Assembly: GCF_026571515.1 (NCBI RefSeq)
Contig: NW_026862309.1
Span: 186,001 to 250,000, forward strand
Direction: 5' to 3'
DNA: 64,000 bases
Source of the DNA: Ruditapes philippinarum
Taxonomy: Eukaryota
Part shown: positions 26,401 through 40,432 of the stretch, one piece after another
How positions within the stretch are numbered: position 1 is the first letter of the stretch
How the letters are laid out: the number at the start of each line of letters is the position of its first letter
Notes under the pieces: model-generated
The model's input: the letters and a program-made list of their open reading frames with translations, nothing else
What the model was told of the DNA's origin: nothing
Databases searched by the model: none
Translations under genes and position numbers: made by a program

Positions 26401-29400
26401 TTATTTTGTCTGAGGTAACTAACTAACAAACAGAGCTTAACAACATATACATTATGTAAACCCATGTACTACTAAAACTGCTGTGTTGCCTAGAAAACAA
26501 ACGTCTCTTTGATTTGATAAAGTAACATATTTGCTTTATCTGTAAAAATATACTGTACAGGACGAACATGATAAAGGGCCCGAAAACTGCCAAGGGTGAG
26601 AAACTGCTAGTAAACCAGTAAACTCTGATGGTATTTGCTACATTTGTAACTTCAATCATGAAACAGGAGGTCACTGTCTAAGACCCATAATACTAGCATG
26701 ATTTTTTGACAGAATTAGGCCGTCCTTAAAAAAATGTTTGTTTGCAGTTACCCGACCCAGAATTTTCAAGGTGGGTAGGTAGGTCGATTTTTTTTTTTTA
26801 TTATTTAACTGTACTCCCAAATAAACATGGAATTTCAAAATGCTGGACAATATATGCTTTGATAATCTGGTAACAATTAATAAATTGATAACTGAATTCT
26901 AATTTAATAAGAAGTACATTTTATTTCTTCTATTAACCTTAAAGCACAAGGCATAATTTTCTTATTCAAAAAAAAAATTTTTTATCCAGACCACGAAAAA
27001 AAATTTGAGTAGGGGCAAATTTTGTGAGTCGGTCGCGTTACTGCAAACAAACATTTTTTTAAGGATGGCCTTATGGCCCTTTTTGAACTTATGAATCTGT
27101 TTACTCTTTTGCAATGTTGGCCGGCTATATAAATCAAAAAATTAATGTATTCATTATTTAAAGATAAGATATTTTGTCTATACTGTGCTCCTCTTAGTTC
27201 ATGGTACTTAACGCTTTGAAACATGATAGAAAACAACAAATGAAACTTTTGGTAGAAAATTGTCATAAGCTGTAACATTTAGATATTTTTTGCTGTATGG
27301 CACAAGGAAACAACAATATTTTAGTCAAAATTAGTTTTAATAGGCCAGACATAGACCATATGTCGGCCATTTTGAAAAAGTATGTCATCATTTAAATCGC
27401 GGTAATGGTGTTTTATTTCAGTTTTTTTCATGTTTCAGTTAAAATTTCTAGATGTTATTTTGCATAATTTTAAATATTAAAAGTATCTTTACATTGAAAC
27501 TCAAAATTTATTCTTTCAACAAATAAGAACATTTAGAAAATGATAATCGTTTCAGACATATGCACAAATTTAATAGACTATTGTTGCTTTTTGCAGAAGT
27601 TTGTAAAATGTTGTTCTGTTTTACGTAAAAATCTATAGATTTTATTTTTTTCCGCAAAAAACTTTGTTGTTTAGGTGTTTGAATGAAATATGTCAATTCT
27701 GACGAATTTTAAAACTGGTGACATGAAAATATGCCATTACTTTGAAATAAATGATGACGCGGAATTAGTGATGTTGAGTATATTACACAAGTATATTTTG
27801 TATGTTTTCAGACACTGTATACTGGAGTGAGCTAAGATATGATGAAGGTGGAAGGTATGTCGTTTGTTCACACAAGGTTGGTCAGGAAGGCTTCCAAACA
27901 TGGACTCCAAAAGAATTCAATGCAAGGACAAGGGTACATGAGTATGGAGGTGGAGCTACTTGTGTATACAATGGGAAGATTTATTTCAGTGATTTCAGAG
28001 ACCAAAACATGTATACTCAAAGTTCTCCTAATGACTGTCCTATGATAGTGACAAATGATGGAACAGGATGGAGATATGCTGATGGCCAATACAGCACTAA
28101 GGTTTTTACATGATATATTACCTGGTCATGTAAAGTTTATTGTAAATTTAAAATAATTGACATTTTATTTGCCTTATTTTTTTGTACAAGATAAATTCCT
28201 ATATATATTTGACTATGCATGAATGTGATTGAAGAAAAAAAGTAGCATATTTCATTAAGTCTTTTGTATTTTTTTATGATTAGATGTAATTTATTGTTTA
28301 TTATCTACTTATTGTGGCATTTAGAACTGACAAGACTGGAGAATAACTGATAATTTTATATATCAGACTGGTCGTATTTACTGTGTACGTGAGGACCACA
28401 GTGGTGTAGAGAAAGGTGAAAGCAAGGAAGCAGTCAATACTGTTGTAACTATGAATGTTGACACAGGGGATCAAAATGTTTTGGTAAACTGTTTTATATT
28501 AATTTAAAACTACCAGATTAAGTAATTTTTGCTGTTTCATATAGCATAATCCATAGCTTAAAAGAATGTCAATATTAAAATAAAAATGTTATCTACTGAA
28601 TGTTGTGAGTAAATTAAGTTTCTTAAAGTTTATATGAATCATAGGACATCATGAATACCTTACCAGGTGCTAATACTGCCATGACTTTTTAGCTCACCTG
28701 TCACAAAGTGACAGGGTGAGCTTTTGTGATCGCTTTTCGTCCGGCGTCCGTCCGTCCGTCGTCCGTCCGTCGTCCGTCCGTAAACTTTTGCTTTAAATGA
28801 CATCTCCTCATTAACCACTAAGCCAATTTCATCCAAACTTCACAGGAATGTTCCTTTGGTGGTCACCTTTAAAAATTGTTCAAAGAATTTAATTCCATGC
28901 AGAACTCTGGTTGCCATGGCAACCGAAAGAAAAATCTTTAAATATCTTCTTTTAAACAACCCTAAGAGCTAGAGCTTAGATATTTGGCATGAAACATCTT
29001 CTAGTGGGTGTCTACCAAGTTTGTTCAAATAAAAGCCCTGGGGTCAAAATTGGCCCCGCCCCAGGGGGTCATTGATTTTCCCTATATGCATATAGTAAAA
29101 ACTTAAAAAATCTTCTTTTAAAGAACCCAAAGAGCTAGAGCTAAGATATTTGGCATGAAACATCTTCTAGTGAGTGTCTACCAAGTTTGTTCAAATAAAA
29201 GCCCTGGGGTCAAAATTGGCCCCGCCCTGGGGGGTCATTGATTTTCCCTATATGCATATAGTAAAACCTTAAAAAATCTTCTTTTAAAGAACCGTAAGAG
29301 CTAGAGCTTAGATATTTGGCATGAAACATCTTCTAATGAGTGTCTACCAAGTTTGTTCAAATAAAAGCCCTGGGGTCAAAATTGGCCCCGCCCCAGGGGG

Positions 29401-32400
29401 TCATTGATATTCCTTATATGCATATAGTAAAAACTTATAAAATTTTCTTTTAAAGAACCCAAAGAGCTAGAGCTAAGATATTTAGCATGAGACATGTTCT
29501 AATGGGTGTCTACCAAGTTTGTTCAAATAAAAGCCCTGGGGTCAAAACTGGCCCCGTCCCGGGGGTCATTGATTTTCCTTATATACATAGCAAAACCTAA
29601 AAACCTTCTTTGAAAAAACCCAAATAACTAGAGTTTAGATATTAAGCATGAAACATCTTTAAGTAAATATCTACAAAGTTTGTTCAAATAAAAGCCCAGG
29701 GGTCAAAACTGGCCCTGCCCGAGGGGTGTCATTGTTTTTAACTATATATGTATAGTAAAAACTTAAAAAATCTTCTTTTAAAAAAACCAATGAGCTAGAA
29801 CTTAGATGTTTTGCATGAAACAACTTCCTATGGGTGTCTACCAAGTCTGTTCAAATAAAAGCCCTTGGGTAAAAATTGGGCCGGGGGGGGGGGGGGCTAT
29901 ATACAGGTGAGCGACCTCAGGGCCATCATGGCCCTCTTGTTTCACTAAGTCATGCCCGAAACAGTTTATTTGTATAAAAAAATGATTTTATCCTTTTGTT
30001 TGAAGTACATGTAACTGGAATTTGAGTTATTGTGTGGCAATTTTATTGGCTTTAGCAAAAAGCTACTGCAATTTCCTACATGTATGTTAATGCATCGTAT
30101 TGTTTGTAATACTACTTATATATGATTACCATTACTATTATCTCAACACACTCTCTTGATTTGAATTATGACAATCTTTAGTTTATTAATAATTTAGGAT
30201 AAATGTTATTTTAGGATATAGGCAATAAATCAGTTTTGTTTTGATAAGAATGTTTTTTATTACTTACATTTATTAAAGTTTTGCCAATGCCATATGAAGA
30301 ATGTTATTTTAGACTTACAGCATACATACGTCATTGTGACATGTAGCTGTGTTCATATAGAAGTTTAGCTGTAATTGTCTACTGTGTTATTATTTGTATA
30401 TTGAACTAAACAGAGGTTTTCCTCTGTCATAAAAGCTAGAAAGAAACTGTATTACCTGTGGCTTGAAACCCAACAAAACAATCAATTAAAGCTGAGGCCA
30501 TTTGTATAATTTATAACTGTTGGCATGATCAGATACATATACAATGTATGTAATTTCTTTGAGGAGAAAAAGATAGTACTAGAAGTCAGGTCTTTATTAC
30601 TTAAACAATTCCAATTCAGGCATCAGGGTCAGATTTCTATAGCTGTCCTAGGGTGTCACCTGATGGTAAGAAGATAGTCTGGGTGCAGTGGAATCATCCT
30701 AACATGGTAACAGTTTGATTTCTTTACTTAAAAATTTCTATCAAGTTTTACTGATGAGTATTTGTGTTAGATGTGCATTTGTAAGTTGTTATCAAAAGTA
30801 AATTTATTTTTTGATTGTTGAAGTATCTTTAGGACATGTTGCAGTTTATCCATCTGTTTGTAGACAATTTTATTCTGTGCAGTAACTTTTATAGAACTCC
30901 ATTGCATTATTTAATTTATAAGTTTGTTATTTGATAAATCACAAAATTAATGTATGTATTACTAGAAGAATGCCTATAATAAGAATGAAATGGAAAGTAA
31001 AATATTGGTGTTTTATAGCCTTGGGATACAACAGAGCTCTGGGTTGCTGATTTAAATGATTCTGGAGATGCTGTTGTGGATGGCACAGCTAGAAAGGTCA
31101 GTCATCAAAGTAAATAAAACATCTTATACTTGGAAAAACATAGTATTACATATCTAATTTCCATTTTCTTGTGAGAATGTAGCCTGTGAATAAAATACAT
31201 TTCAGGTCCTTGACCCGATTGTTTGCTTGACATGTAATTTTCTGGTACCATGTAATTTTTTTTAATTCTCACACATGGCTAGAGAGTTATGGCTCTGTTA
31301 TACTGCAGGTTGCTGGTGGGGATGAAACCAGTGTGATTCAGCCATCTTGGACATGTGACAATGAGCTGTTATATATTAGTGACCAGACTGATTGGTGGAA
31401 TCTGTATCATGTGACTGCATCAGGTGACCATGTGAACCTGTTGCCTAGAGACAAAGAATGTGGAGGTCCTCAATGGGTGTTTGGAAGAACACCTTACATG
31501 GTAGATCCAAGGGGCAATGGGGACATTGTCACAGTCTATGGATCAGTATGTATGGTTTATTTTATGCTACATTTTAAAAATATATATAAAGATTTTAATA
31601 TGTGATGACCTATTTAAATTTCCTTCTTGATAAACTGATGATAAAACTTGACAAATATGAATTTTCTATTTTAGATATTATAAAACATAATTAAGTCTGT
31701 ACTAAAGTTGTATTCTATAGAATGATAAATCTGTAACACCCATTTTCAGGAGCTGGGTATATATAACATAAAGACAAAGAAATATCGAGCTGTGGAGACC
31801 GGTTTTGAAAGTCATGTATATGTTAACATGGCACAGAATGGCATGGTATACTGTGTAGCTGGTAGTCCAACCAAGTTCTCCTGTGTCATACAAATCAATA
31901 CTGACAATGGCAAGGTACATTGTAGTTACTTCTTTATTATTGAATTGTCTATATTTTGTATTGAATTGTCTATACATGTATTTTGTATTGAGTCGTTCAT
32001 ATTTTGTATTGAATTGTCTATATTTTGCGAAATTTTTATATCAGGTTTATGACCATTATGTGTTGATCAATACGCTATAAAAGTTTCTCTTTCACTGTGA
32101 AATTTTCAGTTTAAAGTCTATGTAAAAAGAGAGCCAATCCATCATTTAGGCACAAAAGCAGCTTTGCTGTTAGTAAGAGTCCCGTACAAAAAATGTAACT
32201 GATCTTATTTTATCATCATTAGAACACTGCATTAAATTATAAAAATCTGCATATTCAAATCTACCATTATACCAGCTTAGTAAAAATTGTTGTCGTTCAT
32301 GTTTATATTTGTAACATTTAAAGAACACATGAAATCAGGCTATGATGACTCTAAACTTGTGGCTTAGACAGGTCATTATCATTCCTAGCATTGTAAGAGT

Positions 32401-35400
32401 AAACTGTGTAAGAAAATACCTGTTCATGATTGTAGAGAAAGTTGTAGTGAAAGAACATGTATATCACAATACATTATTGTATATTTGTTGTAAAGGTTGA
32501 GGTATTGAGACAATCAAAGAAGACAACATTAGACACAGGATACTTCAGTATTGCTGAAGAAATAACATGGGCCACTACAGAAGGTGATATATCACATGGG
32601 TATTTTTACCCTCCAAAAAACAAAGACTTCAAGGCTCCAGGTATTTACTTTCTTTAAAGTGAAAATGTTAAGAAAATTACTTAAGTTTTTCATAATCTAT
32701 ATTCATTTATTACATGAAATATTGATATTGAATCCATCAAGGTTACCTGTCCAATGTCCATGCAAAAATGAAAGTGGTACTGGTTTTGACTGATTTACTT
32801 AAATGACTGTTAGAAAATATACATGTATTCCAATATTTCTATATTCATGAAAAAAATGGAACTTTCATTATCTATGATATAATTTTTGTTTGTTTAGGAG
32901 AATATATTATTGTATTAGGTTATTACCAATTTTTCTTTGTAATTATTTTACTGTACTACAAGCAGTTATTGTTATATTTATATAGAGGGCACACTACCAC
33001 CTTTACTTGTAAAGAATCATGGTGGACCTACATCACAGACATCTAGTACATTAGATATGAAGATCCAGTATTTCACAAGTCGAGGTATGGCCGTATTAGA
33101 TGTCAACTATCGTGGTAGTACTGGGTACGGCAAGAAATACAGACACAGACTACGCAGAAAGTATGGAATTTTTTGTTGTTTTAATAGACAAATATTTTCA
33201 AATATAATAATGGTTGTTCCAGAAAAATAAGTAGAATATACGATGAATTGCTATTTAATGTAAGTACAGAAACATGTTATAAAGTGACCCTCAGGTGAGC
33301 TTAAAATAACATTTATTCTGAACAAGTTTGATTATTTGAAGTTTATACAAATTTAAGGTCAGATTCTATTTATCACACAATGTGTGTTTACTTTAGTTAA
33401 AAACTTTTTTATTTTTGGTATCTTGTAAAAAAAATGTTACAGCTTTTAGAAAAATACTGATTTACCACATAGACTATCTTTTACTTCTTTTGCTTTGTTG
33501 TAAATGGGTATAATTATAGTGAGTGAGTATTTTGTATGGAAGTCAAAATACTTCTTTGTTTACATATTGCTACTTTATGACACATCACTGCCCATTCAGT
33601 CCACTTTGTTCAGTTGTTAAACATATAACTTGCTCTTAATCCATTATTAAAATATTATTAAACACGTTTCTAAATTTTAAAAATTAAAAAAAAAATGGAT
33701 TTCAGGCATAATGTGCCTTTAAATGACACAAGGAAAAATTATCAATTTTCTTAAACGTTTTACCTTAAATGTCATTAAAAAGTCTACAATTGTTTTGATA
33801 GTAACTTATTTTATTTTTAACTCCATAACTTACTTGGGTTCATTCAGGATTTAAGGGGAAATGCAACTTCTAATCAATATTAGCATATTTTAAAGATAAA
33901 CTATAGTCAAATTTGATATTAGAAAATAGCGATAATTGCTACACAGTCTTTTTGTAAACATAAACATGTTTTGGCTTGACAAAAAAAATGTTATGTTTAA
34001 GATCCTACACACTAATGGTAGTCACAATATGAATATATAATGTCATTAAATTAACTAGCAGTTTTTTTTTTTTTTAATAAAAGACCAACTTTACTTGGCC
34101 TGTAATATGGAACACAGCTTCCCATGCATAGTTTCTTCATTCTATTATTCAAACTAGACAAACATGTATTTAGTGATAATTTCATAGATTTCAATAAATT
34201 TCTGGGGGTGTCCGTGGCCGAGTGGTTAAGGTCGTTGACTTCAAACCACTTGCCCCTCACCGCTGTGGGTTCGAATCCCGACAGGGACTTTGGATTCTTT
34301 CATGTGAGGAAGCTATCCAGCTAGCTTACGGAACGTCGGTGGCTTACTCAGGTGCCGGTTCGTACCTGAAATAATTGCACGGAAGGGCACCTGAGGTCTT
34401 CCCCCACCAGTAAAAAGCTGGAACATCGCGATATGACCTGTACTATGTCGATGTGATATAAAACCCAAAAACAAATAAACAATAAATTTCTGAGATAAAA
34501 ATATTTTATTCAAGGGTGGGCATAGTATATCTTTAAAGGTTTATTTGGCTTATGTGAAAAAAAAAAGAATTTTTAAATTATATTTCTTTCTTTCCATGTT
34601 GAATCTATGAAACTAATTGTATTAAAGTGTTAAAGTACTTAATACAACCTGGTACTTTATTGCTTTATTTCAATTTATTAGATAGATTCAATATGAAGAG
34701 ACGCTCATTTAAGAATCTCTCTATATATCTTATTGCAATATTTTGTAGGTGGGGAGTATATGATCTTGATGACTCCTGTACTGGTGCCCAGCATCTAGCA
34801 GATACTGGAAAAGTGGATGGGAAACAGTTGTGTATAGATGGAGGGTCAGCCGGTGGATATACAACCCTCGCTGCTATCACCTTCAGAAATACCTTCAAAG
34901 CAGGTAAACTATATATGAGCCGTGTCACAACTAAACCAACGTAATGCGTTTGCGACCAGCGTGGATCCAGACCAGCCTGCACATCTGCGCAGTCTGATCA
35001 GGATCCATGCTGTTTGCTATCAGTTTCTCTACTTGTTATAGGGTTGGTAAGCGAACAGCATGGATCCTGATCAGACTGCACGGATGCACAGGCTGGTCTG
35101 GATCCATGCTGGTCGCAAACGCATTATGTTGGTTTTGTCATGACGCGGCTTATATATGTCTGGTATGGAGTCACTACGGTTTATTAAGTTTTATGTCACA
35201 TGGACACTGGTAAAGCTAAGCTTAAAGCTGCATGCCTCCAGATGAGCCAAAATAATTCAAGACTAAAATGTACTGAAATTTTAAGAAAAGTAAAATGATT
35301 CAAGATGAAAGTAATAATTTGGTAATGCTGTATTTTTCACCATATTTCTACTGCGTTGCTAACACAGTAAGGGCTATTTTTACATATTTTGACCTTGTTT

Positions 35401-38400
35401 TGGTAATTTCATGAGTTGTAATTGCTGTTTGCAATGTGAAAATTATTTTCTTTGTTCACTTCACAATATTTTACTTTTTCATTCTTTTTCGAAAACATGA
35501 AAATTAGCATGAATCTGGAGGTGTGCTTCTTAAAAAGAAAGTTGCTAAATATCTTTTATGTAATTTAGAAAAATAAAAAAGACATAACATGTATAAATAT
35601 ATGTATATTTTAACTACAGGTGCTAGTCATTATGGAATAGGAGATTTGGGTGCACTTGCATCAGATACCCACAAATTTGAGAGTCGTTACCTTGACAACA
35701 TGATAGGACCATATGTGACAGATGAAGATAAAGCTGTGTACAAAGAGAGGTCACCTATAAACTATATAGATAAGTTAGACTGTGCTCTTGCCTTGTTCCA
35801 GGGAGATGAAGACAAGGTAAAAAAATACAGCAATAATAGGTTTACAATGTCAGACTTCTACATTCTCACTTTCAAATCAAGTCATAAGGTTTCAAGGTTA
35901 CTGTGTGTTTTTGGATTTTCTACACTAAAGAAATATTCATAGTGTTAGAAAATTTTGTTGAGTGCAATGTGAACATGTATTTAAAGAATAAAAGCTTGAC
36001 TGTACTGAGAAGGGTTCCTTATACAGACTGTCCTTACTTGTGTACAAAAGAAAGTGGGAATATATAATTAAGAAAACAAGGAAGTAGTTCATTAAATGGT
36101 TTTTTACCCATTTGTACAAGTTTAGATAATAGCCTGTTATTAGGTAATCACATGAAATATTGGAACAGATTTACAATCAATGGTTGACTGAAGCAACATA
36201 AATGTGCAGATCTAATTAATGTGTCTTGTATAAAAGATGGAAAAATGTCATTAATTTTATTTTTAAAGAAAAAAAAATACATCAAATTAATAGTTTTGTG
36301 TAAATTGAATGAATGTCACAAATTACTTGTTACATGATATGGTAGATTTAGATTTCTGACAAATCTCTCCCTCTAATGTTTACCAGATTGTGCCACCAAA
36401 TCAGGCTGAGATGATGTATAATGCTGTGAAGGCAAAAGGTTTACCCACTATGTTTGTATTGTTTAAAGGTAGGTCAAATTCATCTTATTATTTACAACCT
36501 TACTTGAATGTTAAGTGTGTTTAGGTTAGTTTACCCTCGCCAAAGGAAAAAAATAGAATATGTGTTAGCATACACTTCTTTGATCACATTAAATGTTTTC
36601 TGATTTTATTAACCATATAGTAATATTTGTGTTTATGTATCATATATTCCATACCAAGGTCAGCTCTTATATGATTGCTCCCATGTTAAAAATTATTTAC
36701 TGAAATTTTATGTCAATTCTTCTACATGTATTTAAAATGGCCAAGATGTTTATATGTGTACACTTTTGTTTATAACAGGTCTGTTTAGAATAATTATAGA
36801 TGTGCTTACTTTAAAATTAGGGTTTACTGTAAACTTGTGAAAAAGCATGTCAGGGAAGTGTTTCAGATTTTTAGCTCACCTGAGCTTGCTCAGGTTGAGC
36901 TTTTAGGATCGGTTAATGTCCGTCGTCCGTCCACAATTGCTTGTGAACACACTAGTGGTCACACTTATGACTCAATCATCATCAAACTTTGTCAGGATGC
37001 TTGTCTAGTCAGTTGCTTGGATGAGTTCGAAACTGGGTCATTTCGAATGGAAAACTAGGTCACAAGAGCTAAAAATAGAACCTTGTGAACACTCTAGAGG
37101 TCACATTTTTGATCCAATCATCATCAAACTTGGTCAGAATGTTTATCTAGGTGATAGCTCGGATGAGTTCGAACATGGGTCATCTCAGATGAAAAACTAG
37201 GTCACAGGAGCTAAAAATAGAAAAACCTTGTTAACACTCCAGTGGTCACAATTTTGACTCAATTGTCATCAAATATTGGTCAGGAATATTGTCTAGGTCA
37301 TTGCTGGGAATAAATCGAACATGGGACATCTTGGATGAAAAACTAGGTCACAGGAGCTAAAAATAGAAAAATCTTGTTAACACTCTAGTGGCTACTGTTG
37401 TGATCCAAATATTCTGTTAATTGGTTTGAAAGTTTGTTATGATGATTTCTAAGTCAAGATCGAACATGGGTCATCTTGGATGAAAAACTAGGTCACACCG
37501 CCCAAATATGGAAAAACCTTGTTAACATTCTAGTGGTCACATTTTCGACTCAATTATCATCAAACTTGGTCAGGATGCTTGTCTAGGTAATTGCTTGGAT
37601 GAGTTCGAAATCGCATGTGAAACTAGGTCACCGGAGCTAAAAATAGAAAAATCTTGTTAACACTCTAGTTGCTACTGTTTTGATCCAAGTATCCTGGAAA
37701 TTGGTCTGAAAGTTTGTTTTGATGATTTCTAGGTCAAGTTTGAATATGTGTCACATGGGTAAAAAACTAGGTCGCACTGCTCAAATATGGATAATCCTTG
37801 TTAACACTGTAGTGGTCACATTTTTGACTCACCTGTCATGAGACTTGGTCAGAATGCTTGTCTAGGTAATTGTTTGGATGAGTTTGATAAGTCAGGTGAG
37901 CGATCTAGGGCCCTCTTGTTAATGTAGAATTTACTTAATTTATTGTACTATACATGTATCTAATTTGAAGTGTTACCTGCATACATTGTAGTGCAAATAA
38001 TGAATAACAAGTTTAAAATTAAAAAAGGAAAAAAAATTAACTTATCAGAGAAAATTCATTATATAAACTGAGTAGCAATGATTTCACAGACTGTTCTTTT
38101 ATTTGATATGTAATCTTTTCAAAAATTCTTATCTACTGCAAGCAGTGAGTCTAATACGGTAAGGTTATTGCAAAATAGTGAAACATATATTAAAGCATCT
38201 TAAGTAACCTCTTTAAAGCTGGTCAGTATATGTTTGATCAGAACTTATGAGCTTGTTAAATTTCAAATCTTCAAAAATCTCACAGAAAAAAAGAAATGCT
38301 AAATTGCTAATTTGTAATTTGATTGTTGCTATTAAATTTATGTTTCTTTGGGAATAATTGATATTGTTGTTGTAAAGAGGTAATTGCTCTTCAAAGGGTC

Positions 38401-39654
38401 ACATTACAGAAGTTTGTTAATTGTAAAATATGTAACAACTTATATATAAGAGTCCTGCTTTACAGGAACGTTGTTATCAACTATTGAGACAAGACTTGAC
38501 TGTTTAAATGTGTATTATTGTTTTCAGGAGAGCAGCACGGGTTTAGAAAAGCAGAGAACATTCAGACAGCTCTAGATGGAGAGTTCTATTTCTTCTCTAA
38601 GGTGTTTGGTTATGAACCGGCTGATAAACACATAAATGTAAGCTGAAACATATTTTCTACGGTTGATTTTTGTAAATATTAAAAAATTTCATTATGCTTA
38701 CTTTTTGGCTGTCATGTTGAGTTGAATTAGTAATATTTCTAAAGATTGACTTTTATAATGGTGATTGAATTGTACAACATAATGATTGAAATTTAACATA
38801 ATTGAAAATGAAAAATGATTATGATACAATATAAAAACTATCTATATTATAAAAAGACTTCTCCACTATTTTTAGGTATTGAACTGAAATATATTAAGAT
38901 TTTTCCATTGGTCATGTGGATTGTTGATTATTTTTTCATTGCAAAATATAAAATTGAACACAATTATGGCAAAATGTCAAGTTAATTTGATTTTACCTGT
39001 TCACTGACCATTTACACTTGAATGGGCATAATGTCACTTTAAGGTGAATGAATTACTTTGCAGAGGGGCAACTTTTATTATGGATGTTTAAATCATGCTG
39101 AATTTCTTAAATGGACTTTCAATCACCTTCAATCACCTTCCAATTTAGACACTGTTTATTACATTTGTCTATTGTAAGTTTTTGGAATATCAAGATGAAA
39201 CTTAAAAGTTGCCAAAAGTATAGAGCCTAGTGAGACAGCATGGATGTACAGTCAAGGCTGGCTCTATACTGTTGGTAAAGACTAATCACGTTTGGGTCCA
39301 GCAGGGTTAGTGTTAACATGAACAGTTTAAATGAGGTACAGACCTTGAACTGTTCCCAGCATGTTTCTCTTTGACAGTTTTGTGGAAGACCATAAATATT
39401 GAAGGTCATTTGTCCATTATTATTGGATCAAATGAGTTTTAATAGTTTCCTATTACATGTACATGTATTTGAAAAAGTAAATTAGTATTTACACAGAACT
39501 GGGGCAGACCAATTAAGCTTTTGTTTGCTATGGTGTCATTGAAATTCTGCTAATTCCTACACAAGTACATGTTATCTTTAGTTTTTAACTTTGTCATAAA
39601 GAATAAAGAAGTTATCTTTAAATATTTCAGCTTCCGATTGACAACTTGAAGTGA
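23409..39654 (+). CDS. S9 family serine peptidase (dipeptidyl aminopeptidase/acylaminoacyl peptidase-like), about 690 aa; exons 23409-23619, 27812-28101, 28367-28483, 30620-30706, 31019-31096, 31309-31545, 31750-31914, 32496-32640, 32986-33160, 34749-34903, 35620-35816, 36387-36468, 38528-38637, 39631-39654
   Basis: Phase-consistent GT-AG exons total 2073 nt. Motifs [33 protein letters not shown] and NYRGSTGYG; catalytic Ser (GGSAGG), Asp (QGDEDKIVPP) and His (EQHGFRK); ends LPIDNLK*. Confidence 0.9.
23909..25827. mobile_element. Mutator(MULE)-like non-autonomous element in peptidase intron 1
   Basis: 9-bp TSD GGGCTACAA (23900-23908 and 25828-25836); G...C termini; inverted subterminal ACGTTTCGGCCCC repeats. 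Confidence 0.8.
24361..25363. mobile_element. Second Mutator-like MITE nested in the first
   Basis: Inverted repeats GGACTTTACACCTCCTGGACGTTTCA / TGAAACATCCAGGAGGTGTAAAGTCC, flanked by direct TTAATTTA(G). Confidence 0.7.
26718..27070. mobile_element. Tourist/PIF-Harbinger-type MITE
   Basis: About 40-bp TIR GGCCGTCCTTAAAAAAATGTTTGTTTGCAGT; 3-bp TSD TTA. Confidence 0.8.
28688..29941 (+). mobile_element. Helentron/HINE-like element with about 6 tandem ~165-bp repeats
   Basis: SubTIR GCTCACCTG/CAGGTGAGC, 5' hairpin, (GTCC)n microsatellite, tandem core, 3' palindrome AGGGCCATCATGGCCCT, CTTGTT end. Confidence 0.8.
34204..34482 (+). mobile_element. tRNA-derived SINE
   Basis: A box TGGCCGAGTGG, B box GGTTCGAATCC, about 200-bp body and A-rich tail. 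A partial inverted copy lies at about 59104-59222. Confidence 0.8.
34916..35152. mobile_element. ~237-bp foldback MITE, copy A
   Basis: About 105-bp TIRs in a TA-rich site; same family at 44525-44744 and 54291-54527. Confidence 0.85.
35226..35529. mobile_element. Kolobok-like MITE
   Basis: TTAA flanks; imperfect TIR AGCTGCATGCCTCCAGAT / ATCTGGAGGTGTGCTTC. Confidence 0.5.
36869..37920 (+). mobile_element. Helentron/HINE-like element with about 6 tandem ~145-bp repeats
   Basis: SubTIR GCTCACCTGA/TCAGGTGAGC, GTCC microsatellite, AAACTAGGTCAC periodicity, GGGCCCTCTTGTT end. Confidence 0.8.
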
Positions 39655-40432
39655 ACAGTGAAACGTATACAGACCTGTGACTAAAATATGTTCAATAAAA
39701 ACTTTAAAAGTATTGTGCTGAAAGGGCTTGAACATTCAGATTGTGCCATTAGTGAAAACAATTATTCCAAATGAGATTCGCTGTAATTTTTATACTTGTT
39801 AATTTGTACTTTTGTCCATCATACAGGATTGAAAGATGATATAAAATATATAATGATGATTCTTTGTTAGACTGAACTATTTGTGTGAAATATAAATGTA
39901 TTCACATATACTGTTTTGTATAATCAGAAATGATTTTTGCTCTGATTTTTTATGCTGAAAAGTTTAACATGTCATTAATGACTTATGTAAATGGTTGTAT
40001 TGTTAAAGATTACATTTTTTAATATCTTGTGTATTGTGCAATTAGATTTATCGGATATATAAATATTATTAACATTTATATTGTGTTGTTTTACTGTATT
40101 ATCTGCTCTGACAGCTGAAAACATGTGCTTGAAATTTATTCTCAAGCTTCATTTAAAATTATTTTTTAACTAAACGTATGATCATCCTTGATATCTTAGG
40201 CTGACATGGTGTAAAGTCTTATTTGGCTATTTAAACAAACTGTGGTTTATCCGTCGGACTAGTTATCAAAGGATCTCTGGACCCAGTCACAGTCAAGCAT
40301 TTGTTTCAAGAAACTACACTCATTGCTTGACACAGGTTGGTTCAAGAGTTTGTCTATAAGGTTATATAGCTTGTCTTGCTTCATACCCAGCTGAACTAAC
40401 ATACATTCCGTATGAACTAACTAGCTTTATGT

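Noticed and set aside
31938-32026. Short ~21-bp intronic minisatellite (TATTGAATTGTCTATATTTTG)
   Set aside because: Ordinary slippage repeat; the ORFs crossing it are exon read-through.
34204-34285. Functional tRNA (CTTCAAA loop suggests a Sec/suppressor anticodon)
   Set aside because: The anticodon stem does not pair, and the sequence continues into a SINE body that has another partial copy in the window.
39378-39395. Alternative last peptidase exon (FCGRP*)
   Set aside because: 39631-39654 (LPIDNLK*) fits the family-type C-terminus better and is followed by AATAAA at about 39694. The alternative cannot be excluded without transcripts.
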